Shown piece by piece: positions 19,732-28,704 of a stretch of DNA of 64,000 bases. The notes below the pieces were generated by a model. That model saw nothing but the letters and a program-made list of their open reading frames with translations, searched no databases and was not told the origin of the DNA. Within the stretch, counting starts at the first letter, position 1. Each line of letters starts with the position of its first letter. The stretch comes from Rubripirellula sp. (GTDB taxonomy: Bacteria > Planctomycetota > Planctomycetia > Pirellulales > Pirellulaceae): the NCBI GenBank assembly GCA_965216875.1, contig OZ244207.1, positions 1,600,001 to 1,664,000 on the forward strand, in the 5' to 3' direction. The position numbers and the translations under genes were made by a program.

Positions 19732-22700
19732 TTGATGATTGCCCTGCCGCTCGGCGGCTTGAGGACGAGGTTCATCGTGACGGCATTGATGCTGTCGAGC
19801 TTGTCCACAACGCTTGCTGCCGACACCCCGCCTACCTCCGAACAACTTGAGTACTTTGAAAGGCAGGTTCGTCCGCTTTTGGTCGACCACTGCTACAGCT
19901 GCCATAGCGCGGATGCGAAGAAGCTTCAAGCGAGTCTTTATGTTGACAGTCGCGCTGCGTTATTGCGCGGCGGTGATTCTGGCGAGGCGATCGTTCCCGG
20001 CGATGTCGATGGCAGTCTGTTCATGGAAGCGGTTCGGTACGAGTCGTACGAGATGCCGCCCAAGGGCAAGCTGTCAGATGCGCAGATCGATGTTTTCGCC
20101 AAGTGGATCGAAATGGGGGCGCCCTGGCCGGCTGGTGAAGAAAGCGAAGCGGCCAATCAGCCCGAGTTTGATCTTCGCCAGCGTGCAAAAGACCATTGGG
20201 TTTGGCAGCCGATCGACAATCCAACGGTACCTGAGGTCGCCGATGACCGATGGCCGAAGAACGCTATTGACCGTTTTATTCTTTCCGACCTCGAGGGTAA
20301 CGGTTTGGCGCCTGCAGGAGATGCCGAACACCTAGCTATCTTGCGGCGCCTTTATCTCGACTTGATTGGTCTGCCCCCGACGGCTCAGCAGGTCGAAGCC
20401 TTCCTTGCTGATTCCTCGGGAAAGGCGATCGAGAACGTCGTCGACCAGCTTCTCGAGTCGCCACATTTCGGCGAACGTTGGGGGCGGCATTGGTTAGACC
20501 TCGTTCGCTACGCCGAGTCGCGTGGTCACGAGTTTGATAACGACACACCCAACGCGTTTCAATATCGCGACTACATCATTCGCGCGCTCAATGCGGATGT
20601 CTCGTACGACCAACTCGTACGTGAGCACTTGGCGGGGGACCTGCTTTCGAATCCGCGGTTGCATCCGACGGAAGATTTCAACGAGTCGATTCTTGGAACG
20701 GGCTTTTGGTTTTTGGGTGAATGGGTTCACTCGCCGGTCGACATTCGCAAGGACGAAGCGGATCGCTTTGACAACATGATCGACGTGATGTCGAAAACGT
20801 TTCTCGGTGTGACCGTTTCGTGTGCTCGGTGTCATGACCACAAGTTCGACGCGATTTCGACTGCCGACTATTACTCCCTTTCAGGCTTTCTGCAAAGCAG
20901 CGACTATCGCTTGGCGCGATTCGAATCGATGCAGCAAAACGGCAAGGTCGCCGATGAGATCGCCGCGGTCGATGCGAAATACCAGCAACGGATCGTTGAA
21001 CTGCTGTCGCGTCGCGGGCTTGAGTTGCCTGCCCGATCGATGCTTGACGATCCGTCGATCGTGTTTGACGCCGACTCTGTCGCCGCGGGTGATTTCCGCC
21101 AAGATGGCTACATCTTCGGCAAAGGCACGCGCAAAGCTGGCCAGGCATTTCTTACGGAAGATGGGAGCGTATCGGTAGCGACGCATTCGTCAGCGATCAA
21201 TGACCCCATTTGGCACGGTTTGGAATCGGTGACCGAGGGGCAAATGCAGGACCGCAATGCGCTCGCAAAGATCCCCACTAGTGGTCGCACATTGCGGTTG
21301 CCAACCTTCGAGCTGAAAGAAGGTCGCGTTTCGTGTTTGGTGAGCGGAGCAGGGCACATCATTGCGGTCGTCGATTCGCATCGCTTGATCAGCGGTCCAC
21401 TTCATGGCCAAACCATCCGCCAGGTCAAAGGGGGCGAGCGATGGGTGACGTTGAATCTTGGCCGTTATGTCGGTCATCGGTTGCACCTTGAATTTGTGCC
21501 CGCCAAGAACGAGCAACTCTCAGTACAGCTGGTGACTCAAGGTCTTGATGACGGCGAACTACGGGCACTCGACAAGAAAATCGAAAGCCGAGATCGCGAA
21601 TTCCGAGCTTATGCCGAAAAGGCAAGTCAGTTGTTCGCGACCCAAGTCAGCTATGACGAAGTGATGTTTGCCGACTTCGAGTCGGGGACCTACGAAGGTT
21701 GGACCGCAACCGGAAAGGCGTTCGGAAGCGGTCCGCAAACGCTTGAGACGATCCCCGACTACCAGGGAAAGATCAACCGACGCGGCAAATTTTTTGTCAA
21801 TTCACACGACACGCGCCCTGGGGGCGATATGATGCGTGGCGATGATCTCGTTGGCAAGCTGACCTCGCGTGAGTTCTTGATTGACTTTGATGAGGTCCAG
21901 TTTTTGATCGGCGGTGGCTCGCACGCGGGCAAGACGTGCATGAATCTGCTGGTCGACGGAAAAGTCGTGCGGAGTGCGACCGGTCGAAATAACAATCAAA
22001 TGTTCGTGACTCGCTGGGATGTCAGCGAGTTTCGCGGGAAGAACGCGATCCTTGAGGTGGTGGATGACCATCGCGGCGGTTGGGGCAATGTTGGCGTTGA
22101 CCATGTTGTCTTCCGCGCAAAGGTCGGGCCAACCCGTTCGGCGGACAAGGAAGCTTCAGAGCTAGCGGGTCGTTGGCATGACGAACGTCAGCGTCTGTCT
22201 CAAAAACTGAAACGCCGTTCACGAGTCGCAATGGCGATGGTGGACGGTTCCGGCGAGGACGGCCACGTCTTGATTCGCGGCAATTCATCGAAACCTGGAA
22301 AGCTTGAGCCGAGGCATTTTTTGACGGCGATCACAGGCGACGATCCAATGTCGATCGCGTCCGGAAGTGGACGGCTTGAACTCGCTGGGCAGATCAACTC
22401 GCCGACGAACCCGCTCACCAAACGCGTGATCGCCAACCGCGTTTGGCACTACTTGATGGGACGAGGGATCGTACCAACGACGGACGATTTCGGTGTATTG
22501 GGACAACGCCCCACGAACCCGGCATTGCTCGATCACTTAGCGGTTCGGTTTGATCAAGAAGGTCAAAGTATCAAGCGACTGATTCGCTACATCGTGCTTT
22601 CCCGCACCTATCAAATGACGAGCGTGGCCGGCAACAAGGGACTTGCAGCTGATCCGAAGAACTTGCTGTGGCACTATCGACCGCCCAAGCGGCTCGAAGG

Positions 22701-23211
22701 CGAAGTGATTCGCGACCAACTTCTACAGTTATCGGGGGAACTCGATTCGAAGATGTTCGGACCGGCCGTGCCGATTCACTTGACCGATTTCATGACCGGA
22801 CGTGGACGTCCTGGTAAGAGCGGTCCGCTCGATGGCGCCGGTCGACGCTCGATCTATGTCAGTGTGCGTCGCAACTTTTTGTCGCCGTTCATGTTGGCTT
22901 TTGACACGCCGGTTCCGTTCAGCACGATGGGGCGCCGCAACGTTTCGAATGTCCCCTCACAAGCGTTGATCTTGATGAATGATCCCTTCGTCAGTCAGCA
23001 GGCCAAGGGGTGGGCGAGTCGAGTGCTTGATCAGCATTCCGATCAACGCAATCGAATCGAGTCGATGTATTTGGACGCGTTCGGACGCAAGCCGACGGAT
23101 TCCGAATGGACCGTTGCCAACGGATACATCGGTGGTTCGAGCGAACTTGATGTGTGGGCCGACTTTGCCCACGCTCTGATCAACACCAAAGAATTCATTT
23201 TTGTTAGGTGA
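19732..23211 (+). CDS. PSD1 and planctomycete cytochrome c protein (PSCyt1, DUF1549, DUF1553) with an inserted beta-sandwich module
   Basis: FERQVRPLLVDHCYSCH, HFGERWGRHWLDLVRYAES, CARCHDHKFD, NPLTKRVIANRVWHYLMGRGIV, QALILMN. Confidence 0.93.
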   Translation: MMIALPLGGLRTRFIVTALMLSSLSTTLAADTPPTSEQLEYFERQVRPLLVDHCYSCHSADAKKLQASLYVDSRAALLRGGDSGEAIVPGDVDGSLFMEAVRYESYEMPPKGKLSDAQIDVFAKWIEMGAPWPAGEESEAANQPEFDLRQRAKDHWVWQPIDNPTVPEVADDRWPKNAIDRFILSDLEGNGLAPAGDAEHLAILRRLYLDLIGLPPTAQQVEAFLADSSGKAIENVVDQLLESPHFGERWGRHWLDLVRYAESRGHEFDNDTPNAFQYRDYIIRALNADVSYDQLVREHLAGDLLSNPRLHPTEDFNESILGTGFWFLGEWVHSPVDIRKDEADRFDNMIDVMSKTFLGVTVSCARCHDHKFDAISTADYYSLSGFLQSSDYRLARFESMQQNGKVADEIAAVDAKYQQRIVELLSRRGLELPARSMLDDPSIVFDADSVAAGDFRQDGYIFGKGTRKAGQAFLTEDGSVSVATHSSAINDPIWHGLESVTEGQMQDRNALAKIPTSGRTLRLPTFELKEGRVSCLVSGAGHIIAVVDSHRLISGPLHGQTIRQVKGGERWVTLNLGRYVGHRLHLEFVPAKNEQLSVQLVTQGLDDGELRALDKKIESRDREFRAYAEKASQLFATQVSYDEVMFADFESGTYEGWTATGKAFGSGPQTLETIPDYQGKINRRGKFFVNSHDTRPGGDMMRGDDLVGKLTSREFLIDFDEVQFLIGGGSHAGKTCMNLLVDGKVVRSATGRNNNQMFVTRWDVSEFRGKNAILEVVDDHRGGWGNVGVDHVVFRAKVGPTRSADKEASELAGRWHDERQRLSQKLKRRSRVAMAMVDGSGEDGHVLIRGNSSKPGKLEPRHFLTAITGDDPMSIASGSGRLELAGQINSPTNPLTKRVIANRVWHYLMGRGIVPTTDDFGVLGQRPTNPALLDHLAVRFDQEGQSIKRLIRYIVLSRTYQMTSVAGNKGLAADPKNLLWHYRPPKRLEGEVIRDQLLQLSGELDSKMFGPAVPIHLTDFMTGRGRPGKSGPLDGAGRRSIYVSVRRNFLSPFMLAFDTPVPFSTMGRRNVSNVPSQALILMNDPFVSQQAKGWASRVLDQHSDQRNRIESMYLDAFGRKPTDSEWTVANGYIGGSSELDVWADFAHALINTKEFIFVR

Positions 23212-24659
23212 GCTTGCACGTGCACAACCCATTTCCATGTCAACGTTACCAAACGGCTCCGCTTTCGCGTCGCGAGATGTTGCGTCGCAGTGCAAGTGGG
23301 TTTGGTGCGGTTGCACTTGCGGCACTCGCGCGCGACCGTGCGTTCGCTGGATCAAGCGACGAGGGGTTTGCCGGTCACGGTCCGCATCACAAAGTGCGAG
23401 CCAAGAACGTCATCTTTCTGTATATGGACGGTGGGCCGTCTCAGGTTGACACGTTTGATCCCAAGCCGTTGTTGACCAAGTACGACGGCAAGGATCCAGG
23501 GAGCCTTTTCAAGGTTGAGCCAACGCAGTTCGATAACAACGGCAAGGTGTTGCGAAGTCCGTGGGAGTTCAAGCCATACGGTGAGTCCGGCATCCCTGTC
23601 AGTTCGCTGTTTCCACATGTTGCCGAGTGCGTTGACGAGCTTGCCGTCGTGCGCTCGATGGTTTCGGAGTTCCCAGAACACACGTTTGCGAACTACTTCC
23701 TTCACACCGGCAGCGGTTTGCAGGGGCGGCCAAGTATGGGGGCTTGGGTGAACTATGGTTTGGGGAGCGTCAACCAGAACCTGCCCGGTTTTGTTGTGCT
23801 CAATGGCGGCTTGATCCCACCCGGCGGTCTCGATTGTTTCGGTAGCGGCTTTTTGCCAGCGAGTTATCAGGGAAGCGTTTTCAAGCCGTCGGGGACGGGC
23901 GTTGCCAACATCAAGCCGCTCGAGTCGAGTGCCGAGCGACAGCGGAACAAGCTTGATTTGGTGCGTCAGCTCGATGGTTTTGCAGAGATGCAATTTGGCA
24001 AGCACGACGCACTTGAGTCAGCGATCCGCAACTATGAACTTGCCTATGCGATGCAGATGGAAGTTCCTGAGGTGATGTCGCTCGAGGATGAATCGGCGCA
24101 AACGAAAGAGATGTATGGTTTGAACGCTGAATATGGCGCGACGAAGACGTACGCAGCTCAATGTTTGATCGCGCGTCGTATGATCGAAAGTGGTGTTCGG
24201 TTTATCGAGTTGACTTGTCCGTCGGTGGGCGGCGATCGCTGGGATCAACACAATAATCTGAAGCAAGGTCATGAGAACAATGCTCGTGCCGTCGACCAGC
24301 CGATCGCGGCCCTGTTGAAAGATCTGCGGCAACGCGGGTTGCTTGACGAAACGCTTGTTGTTTGGGCAGGCGAGTTCGGACGCACGCCCTTTGCGCAAGG
24401 CAAGAACGGCCGCGATCACAATCAGTTTGGTTTCACGATCTGGATGGCGGGCGGCGGCGTCAAAGGGGGCACGGTCTACGGCGCAACCGACGAATTCGGC
24501 TACAAAGCGATCGAAAACCGGCTCGAAATCCACGACCTGCACGCAACGATGTTGCACTTGATGGGAGTCGACCACACACGCAGTACGTTTCGATTTGGTG
24601 GCCGCGACATGCGATTGACGGATGTCAAAGGTCACGTGATTCACGATTTGGTCGCTTAA
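23208..24659 (+). CDS. DUF1501 family protein with Tat signal
   Basis: SRREML twin-Arg; AKNVIFLYMDGGPSQVDTFDPKP, GEFGRTP, GRDHN, IHDLHATMLHLMG. Overlaps the upstream stop by 4 bp. Confidence 0.93.
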   Translation: MSLHVHNPFPCQRYQTAPLSRREMLRRSASGFGAVALAALARDRAFAGSSDEGFAGHGPHHKVRAKNVIFLYMDGGPSQVDTFDPKPLLTKYDGKDPGSLFKVEPTQFDNNGKVLRSPWEFKPYGESGIPVSSLFPHVAECVDELAVVRSMVSEFPEHTFANYFLHTGSGLQGRPSMGAWVNYGLGSVNQNLPGFVVLNGGLIPPGGLDCFGSGFLPASYQGSVFKPSGTGVANIKPLESSAERQRNKLDLVRQLDGFAEMQFGKHDALESAIRNYELAYAMQMEVPEVMSLEDESAQTKEMYGLNAEYGATKTYAAQCLIARRMIESGVRFIELTCPSVGGDRWDQHNNLKQGHENNARAVDQPIAALLKDLRQRGLLDETLVVWAGEFGRTPFAQGKNGRDHNQFGFTIWMAGGGVKGGTVYGATDEFGYKAIENRLEIHDLHATMLHLMGVDHTRSTFRFGGRDMRLTDVKGHVIHDLVA

Positions 24660-24668
24660 CCGAATTGG

Positions 24669-25346
24669 CTACGCGAAGTCTCGAAGCAGCTTCTCGGGGA
24701 CTCCGATCCCAATCACCTCGATGTCTCCGAGCCACGGTTTTGCGGCGGCTGCGGCAAAGCCGATTTTCGACGCCACAAAGGTCAAGGTTAGCTCAGCGTG
24801 AAAGGTTGGATCGGCAGCCGATCCGGTATCGCAATCCAACCCCGACGGAATGTCGATCGCGACGCGATTTGCATCGCTGTGGTTTGTGATGTGGATTGCT
24901 TCCGCATAAAGACCGCGCGGTGCGCCTTTTGCACCGGTTCCCAGTAAGCAGTCGACGATGACATCGGCTCCCGAAACTGCGTTCTTGATCTCTGCTTCGC
25001 AGGTTGCAACGGAAATCGGAATCTCGGCTTGTCGAGCGATGGTGGCGTTGGTGGCGGCATCGCCTGTGAGTTTGTCTTGGGGAACGAGCGAGACGATTTT
25101 CACATTGTGGCCTTTCAGTTGCAGATGCCTGCCAATCACATAACCATCGCCGCCGTTGTTTCCCGGCCCACAAAGCAGCGTGACTCGCGCGGTATGCCAG
25201 TGAAGATCGATTGCCTCGGCGGCCCCGCGACCAGCGTTCTCCATCAAGACAATGCCGGGGATCTTGTATTGGTCGATCGCAATTCGGTCGACGCTGCGAA
25301 CTTGATCGCGGGAGAGCGGTGGCAATTTGAGGTTGGGAGTACGCAT
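24669..25346 (-). CDS. nnrE: NAD(P)H-hydrate epimerase (YjeF N-terminal domain)
   Basis: LMENAGRG, CGPGNNGGDG, IVDCLLGTG, AIDIPSG motifs. Confidence 0.93.
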   Translation of the reverse strand: MRTPNLKLPPLSRDQVRSVDRIAIDQYKIPGIVLMENAGRGAAEAIDLHWHTARVTLLCGPGNNGGDGYVIGRHLQLKGHNVKIVSLVPQDKLTGDAATNATIARQAEIPISVATCEAEIKNAVSGADVIVDCLLGTGAKGAPRGLYAEAIHITNHSDANRVAIDIPSGLDCDTGSAADPTFHAELTLTFVASKIGFAAAAAKPWLGDIEVIGIGVPEKLLRDFA

Positions 25347-25413
25347 CGGCTGGCAAAACTCTGGGGCGAAGCAATAATGGAAGACAAGACCTTATCGAAA
25401 CACGGAATCAATC

Positions 25414-25647
25414 ATGCCGCTTTACGAATACGAATGCCAGTCCTGTCACGCCGTCACGGAGGCTTTGATTCGCAACGACGACGAGCACAAGGAACAAGAG
25501 TCGGACGCTTGCCCGTCGTGCGGAAAGAAAAAGCTCTCGCGGACGCTTAGCGTGACCGCCAGTCCAGCGATGAAGGGCGGTGGTTTGCCGATGGCAAGCG
25601 AGGGTTGCGGTGCGCCACGCTGTTGTGGTGGCGGCTGCGACATGTAG
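25414..25647 (+). CDS. FmdB-family zinc-ribbon protein
   Basis: MPLYEYECQSC...CPSCG...CGAPRCCGGGC. Confidence 0.9.
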   Translation: MPLYEYECQSCHAVTEALIRNDDEHKEQESDACPSCGKKKLSRTLSVTASPAMKGGGLPMASEGCGAPRCCGGGCDM

Positions 25648-25662
25648 CGTCGTGCAACCGCG

Positions 25663-27129
25663 CTAAACCGAACCGTCGCGTGTTCGGGCAGGCTGGCTGC
25701 GGTTGATGTCGTTTTCCATCGGGGGTGCGTTGGTGACGTGCCCAATGGAATAGGCGAGGCGACCAATCATCGCAAAATAGATGAAGGTTGCCGCGATGCT
25801 CAGGAAGATCGTGATGATCGCGGAAATCTGAATGTTCGCCAAAGCGGTGATGAACATGAACATCAGGAACAGGCCGACGAAGAGCATTCCGGATGAGAAG
25901 TAGAAACCGCCCCAGGCTTCTTCGCACTTGGTGAAGCTTCGTGCGACTTCTGCCGAGAAGGGAATGAAGGGACTTTGCATGTCCAACATCGACAGCAGAA
26001 CGATCGGGAACAAGCTGTAGATCGAGAACATCGTCAAGCCGACGCCGATCAAGCTGCCCTTGAAAATGAACTGCGTAATCACGAGTGCTGGCACCGCAGC
26101 GACAAACGCTGCGGAGAATACGCCGAACAACTGTGAAATCCAGCCATAGACGTCAAAGACTGGCCATTCCGAAACGGTGTCTTCTTCGTTGGCAACCGAT
26201 TGCAGGATCGCAAATCCGCAACTGACCACGATCGTGCCAAGGAAGAATCCGGCGGGGAATAGGCCTAGCATCAAGATGGGCGATTCAAATCCCAACGCAA
26301 AATAGGTTGGCAAGCCCGCAAAAGTACTCAGGATTAGCCAATGGGCTAACACGCCGGGGTCAAGAAAAATCCCGAAGACGCGCGACGCCCATTCCTTCAC
26401 GCTTGGCGTGTCGGTGTAGATCGCGTCGTCATTGTCGTCATCTTCGCGGGCGGCTTCTTCGAGCAAATCGTCCGCCGAACGTTGAAAGGGATCCTTGCGT
26501 TCGGCGGCGTCGCGCGCTTCAAGGGCGAAGGTTTGCGCATCTTCCGGATCGAGGTCAGGTTTTGTTTTCTCTTTGGGCGGCGGTGGCACGATGATGGGTG
26601 AATGGCAATCAGAGCACTTGATCGTTGCACCGGTTTGAGCTGGCTTGACGTAGGTGAACGTTCCACAAAGGTGGCAGCGGACTCGGTACTCGCTTGATGT
26701 TCGAGCCGGTTTTGCGGGGGTGGCGGGACGAGCGGGAGCGGGGCCACCCATCATCGCTGCCATGCCCGAGGACTGTGGTGGTGGCGGCTCGAGCGGTTTC
26801 GCAGCCGGCGGTGGTGCATCAATCTCGGCGGTGAATTCGTCGAGATCCTGGGTAAACTCTGACAGAACCGCTTGGTCCTCGGCGCTCAAATTGGGGGCGG
26901 CTGGTGGTGGATTGGTCGGCGTACCGGTTGGAGCGGCGGGCTGCGCAGGATTTGGTTGGGCTGGTTCATCTTTGAGCGTCAGCCAGTCGTCATCGTCGTT
27001 TTTTGACGTGGCGACACCTGGTGCAACAAACGCCTGATCACAGTGTGGGCACTGCACGCGTTGGCCAGCCGCACTTTCGTCGACGGTGACCGATCCATTG
27101 CATCGTGGACACTGAAGCGATTGTGGCAT
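25663..27129 (-). CDS. Double zinc-ribbon, Pro-rich linker, multi-TM hypothetical protein
   Basis: CPRC..CPHC, CHLC..CSDC, Pro/Ala linkers, about six C-terminal TM helices. Confidence 0.82.
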   Translation of the reverse strand: MPQSLQCPRCNGSVTVDESAAGQRVQCPHCDQAFVAPGVATSKNDDDDWLTLKDEPAQPNPAQPAAPTGTPTNPPPAAPNLSAEDQAVLSEFTQDLDEFTAEIDAPPPAAKPLEPPPPQSSGMAAMMGGPAPARPATPAKPARTSSEYRVRCHLCGTFTYVKPAQTGATIKCSDCHSPIIVPPPPKEKTKPDLDPEDAQTFALEARDAAERKDPFQRSADDLLEEAAREDDDNDDAIYTDTPSVKEWASRVFGIFLDPGVLAHWLILSTFAGLPTYFALGFESPILMLGLFPAGFFLGTIVVSCGFAILQSVANEEDTVSEWPVFDVYGWISQLFGVFSAAFVAAVPALVITQFIFKGSLIGVGLTMFSIYSLFPIVLLSMLDMQSPFIPFSAEVARSFTKCEEAWGGFYFSSGMLFVGLFLMFMFITALANIQISAIITIFLSIAATFIYFAMIGRLAYSIGHVTNAPPMENDINRSQPARTRDGSV

Positions 27130-27394
27130 GACTCTCCGGCCGTGATGAGAAGTGGCGTCCTATCGTGGTGGGTGTCGGCGTGCACAACACCCATCCTCAG
27201 GATAACGGATTGGCGGCCTCCGGAAAACTTCGGGCAAATCGCCACAGGCTGTTTTTTGGCCGCGAAGTCCATGTGTCAAGCAGATTGCTGTTTCGCAAAA
27301 TCCGTGCTCCTTGTCGAATCAACCGGCGAGGGCCAAGATGTCTTTGGGGTCTCTTACTTGTCGCCGAACGCTGGCTTGTCGAAAAAACAACGAA

Positions 27395-28423
27395 ATGGCA
27401 CTGCTTGTCAACGCTTACAGCACGCTCAATGAAACGCCGACGCCTGATTTCGATCATCAGGAGATCAACCATCGCGATCGGTCCGATCCGGAGCTCCTTC
27501 AGCACCTTGGCGAATTCATCGGTTTTGTTCTTGGTGATGAAGATCGTCCGATGACGCCGTCACTTTACGGTGTGATGCGACATCTTCAACGCGTCAAGCA
27601 CCAGTTCAGCTTCACGATCGATGAGTCACGCGTCGAAGACATCAGCGATTGGGGAGAAGCCTCGAACTCGATCTTTTTCCTGCCGGATGCTTCGGTGCGA
27701 GATCCGCTGGGCCGCGTCTTGGTCGATCCAAAGTCAGGGCTTAGCGAAAAGGGGGCCGCCTTGCCCTATCCGTCCGAGGCGTGGGGCCGATTGAAGCGTA
27801 CGCATCAACAACTGAACAACCTTGAGATTCCTTTCAGCGAGGATTTGCCGCCAGTGGTCGGCGAATCCGAGGCGATGCTTCGGGATGCTGACGATGTTGC
27901 CTGGCGCGCCTTGGCGTTGTTTGTGGTTGCTGTGCGGGCGGAATCCGTGGCGTCGAAAAACCCAATTCCGTCAAACAAGCTGCGCGAAAAGTCGCCGATG
28001 GCGTTTCAAGCGTTGACTGCCGAAGAGCAAGCCTTTTTGAAAGATGATTCGCCCGACCCGCAAGCGACGATCAATTTCGCTTGGCGTTACGAAGCGCTCT
28101 ACGTGTTGCAGTGGGCGCTTGGAATGCACGACGAATTGAAGTTTGCCGACGACATCTGCGATGTGCCTGCGGTTGCCCAAGCCATGGTTGATCGTGACGA
28201 CAAAGAGACGGTCACCGATGCCAAGCTACGGCCGGTGGAGGAAATCCTGGATGCGTTGGACATGAACACGCGGCTGTTCTGGCACGCGCGCCAATCAGTC
28301 ATGGAAAAATCCGAGCCCGCTCGGCGGCTCGATGGCGGCGTGCTGAGTGAACGGCAGACAGCGCTGAACTGGTTGACGCTCTTCGAAGGTGCGCCCTGGG
28401 ATCAAGTCGATACTCCGACGTAG
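27395..28423 (+). CDS. DUF4272-like protein
   Basis: LRDADDVAWRALAL, WRYEALYVLQWALG, ERQTALNWL, WDQVDTPT C-terminus. Start at ATG 27395. Confidence 0.8.
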   Translation: MALLVNAYSTLNETPTPDFDHQEINHRDRSDPELLQHLGEFIGFVLGDEDRPMTPSLYGVMRHLQRVKHQFSFTIDESRVEDISDWGEASNSIFFLPDASVRDPLGRVLVDPKSGLSEKGAALPYPSEAWGRLKRTHQQLNNLEIPFSEDLPPVVGESEAMLRDADDVAWRALALFVVAVRAESVASKNPIPSNKLREKSPMAFQALTAEEQAFLKDDSPDPQATINFAWRYEALYVLQWALGMHDELKFADDICDVPAVAQAMVDRDDKETVTDAKLRPVEEILDALDMNTRLFWHARQSVMEKSEPARRLDGGVLSERQTALNWLTLFEGAPWDQVDTPT

Positions 28424-28473
28424 GTGTGCGCACGAACATGCTCGTGACGGCGATTCCTTCGAGAAGCCCGTTA

Positions 28474-28596
28474 GTAGTACCGAGCTTTAGCCGGAATCTT
28501 GATGCTTTTCCGCCTGAAGGCGGTACTACAAACGACCACTCCGCCTCAATTCGGTACGACGAACGACCACTCCGTCTCAAGGCGGTACTGCGAACG
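28474..28596. repeat. REP-like family G inverted pair followed by two decayed tandem copies
   Basis: GTAGTACCGAGCTTTAGCCGGAA / TTCCGCCTGAAGGCGGTACTAC, then two ~31 bp units AACGACCACTCCG..CGGTAC. Confidence 0.8.
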
Positions 28597-28704
28597 TCTA
28601 GTTTGCCAGGACGCGGTACGATGAAAGGAAAACTGGTCTCGATTGCCTCGGATGGTTGCGGTCAAATACCGTAGTTCAACACCAGCGGCGAATGAACACC
28701 AAGG

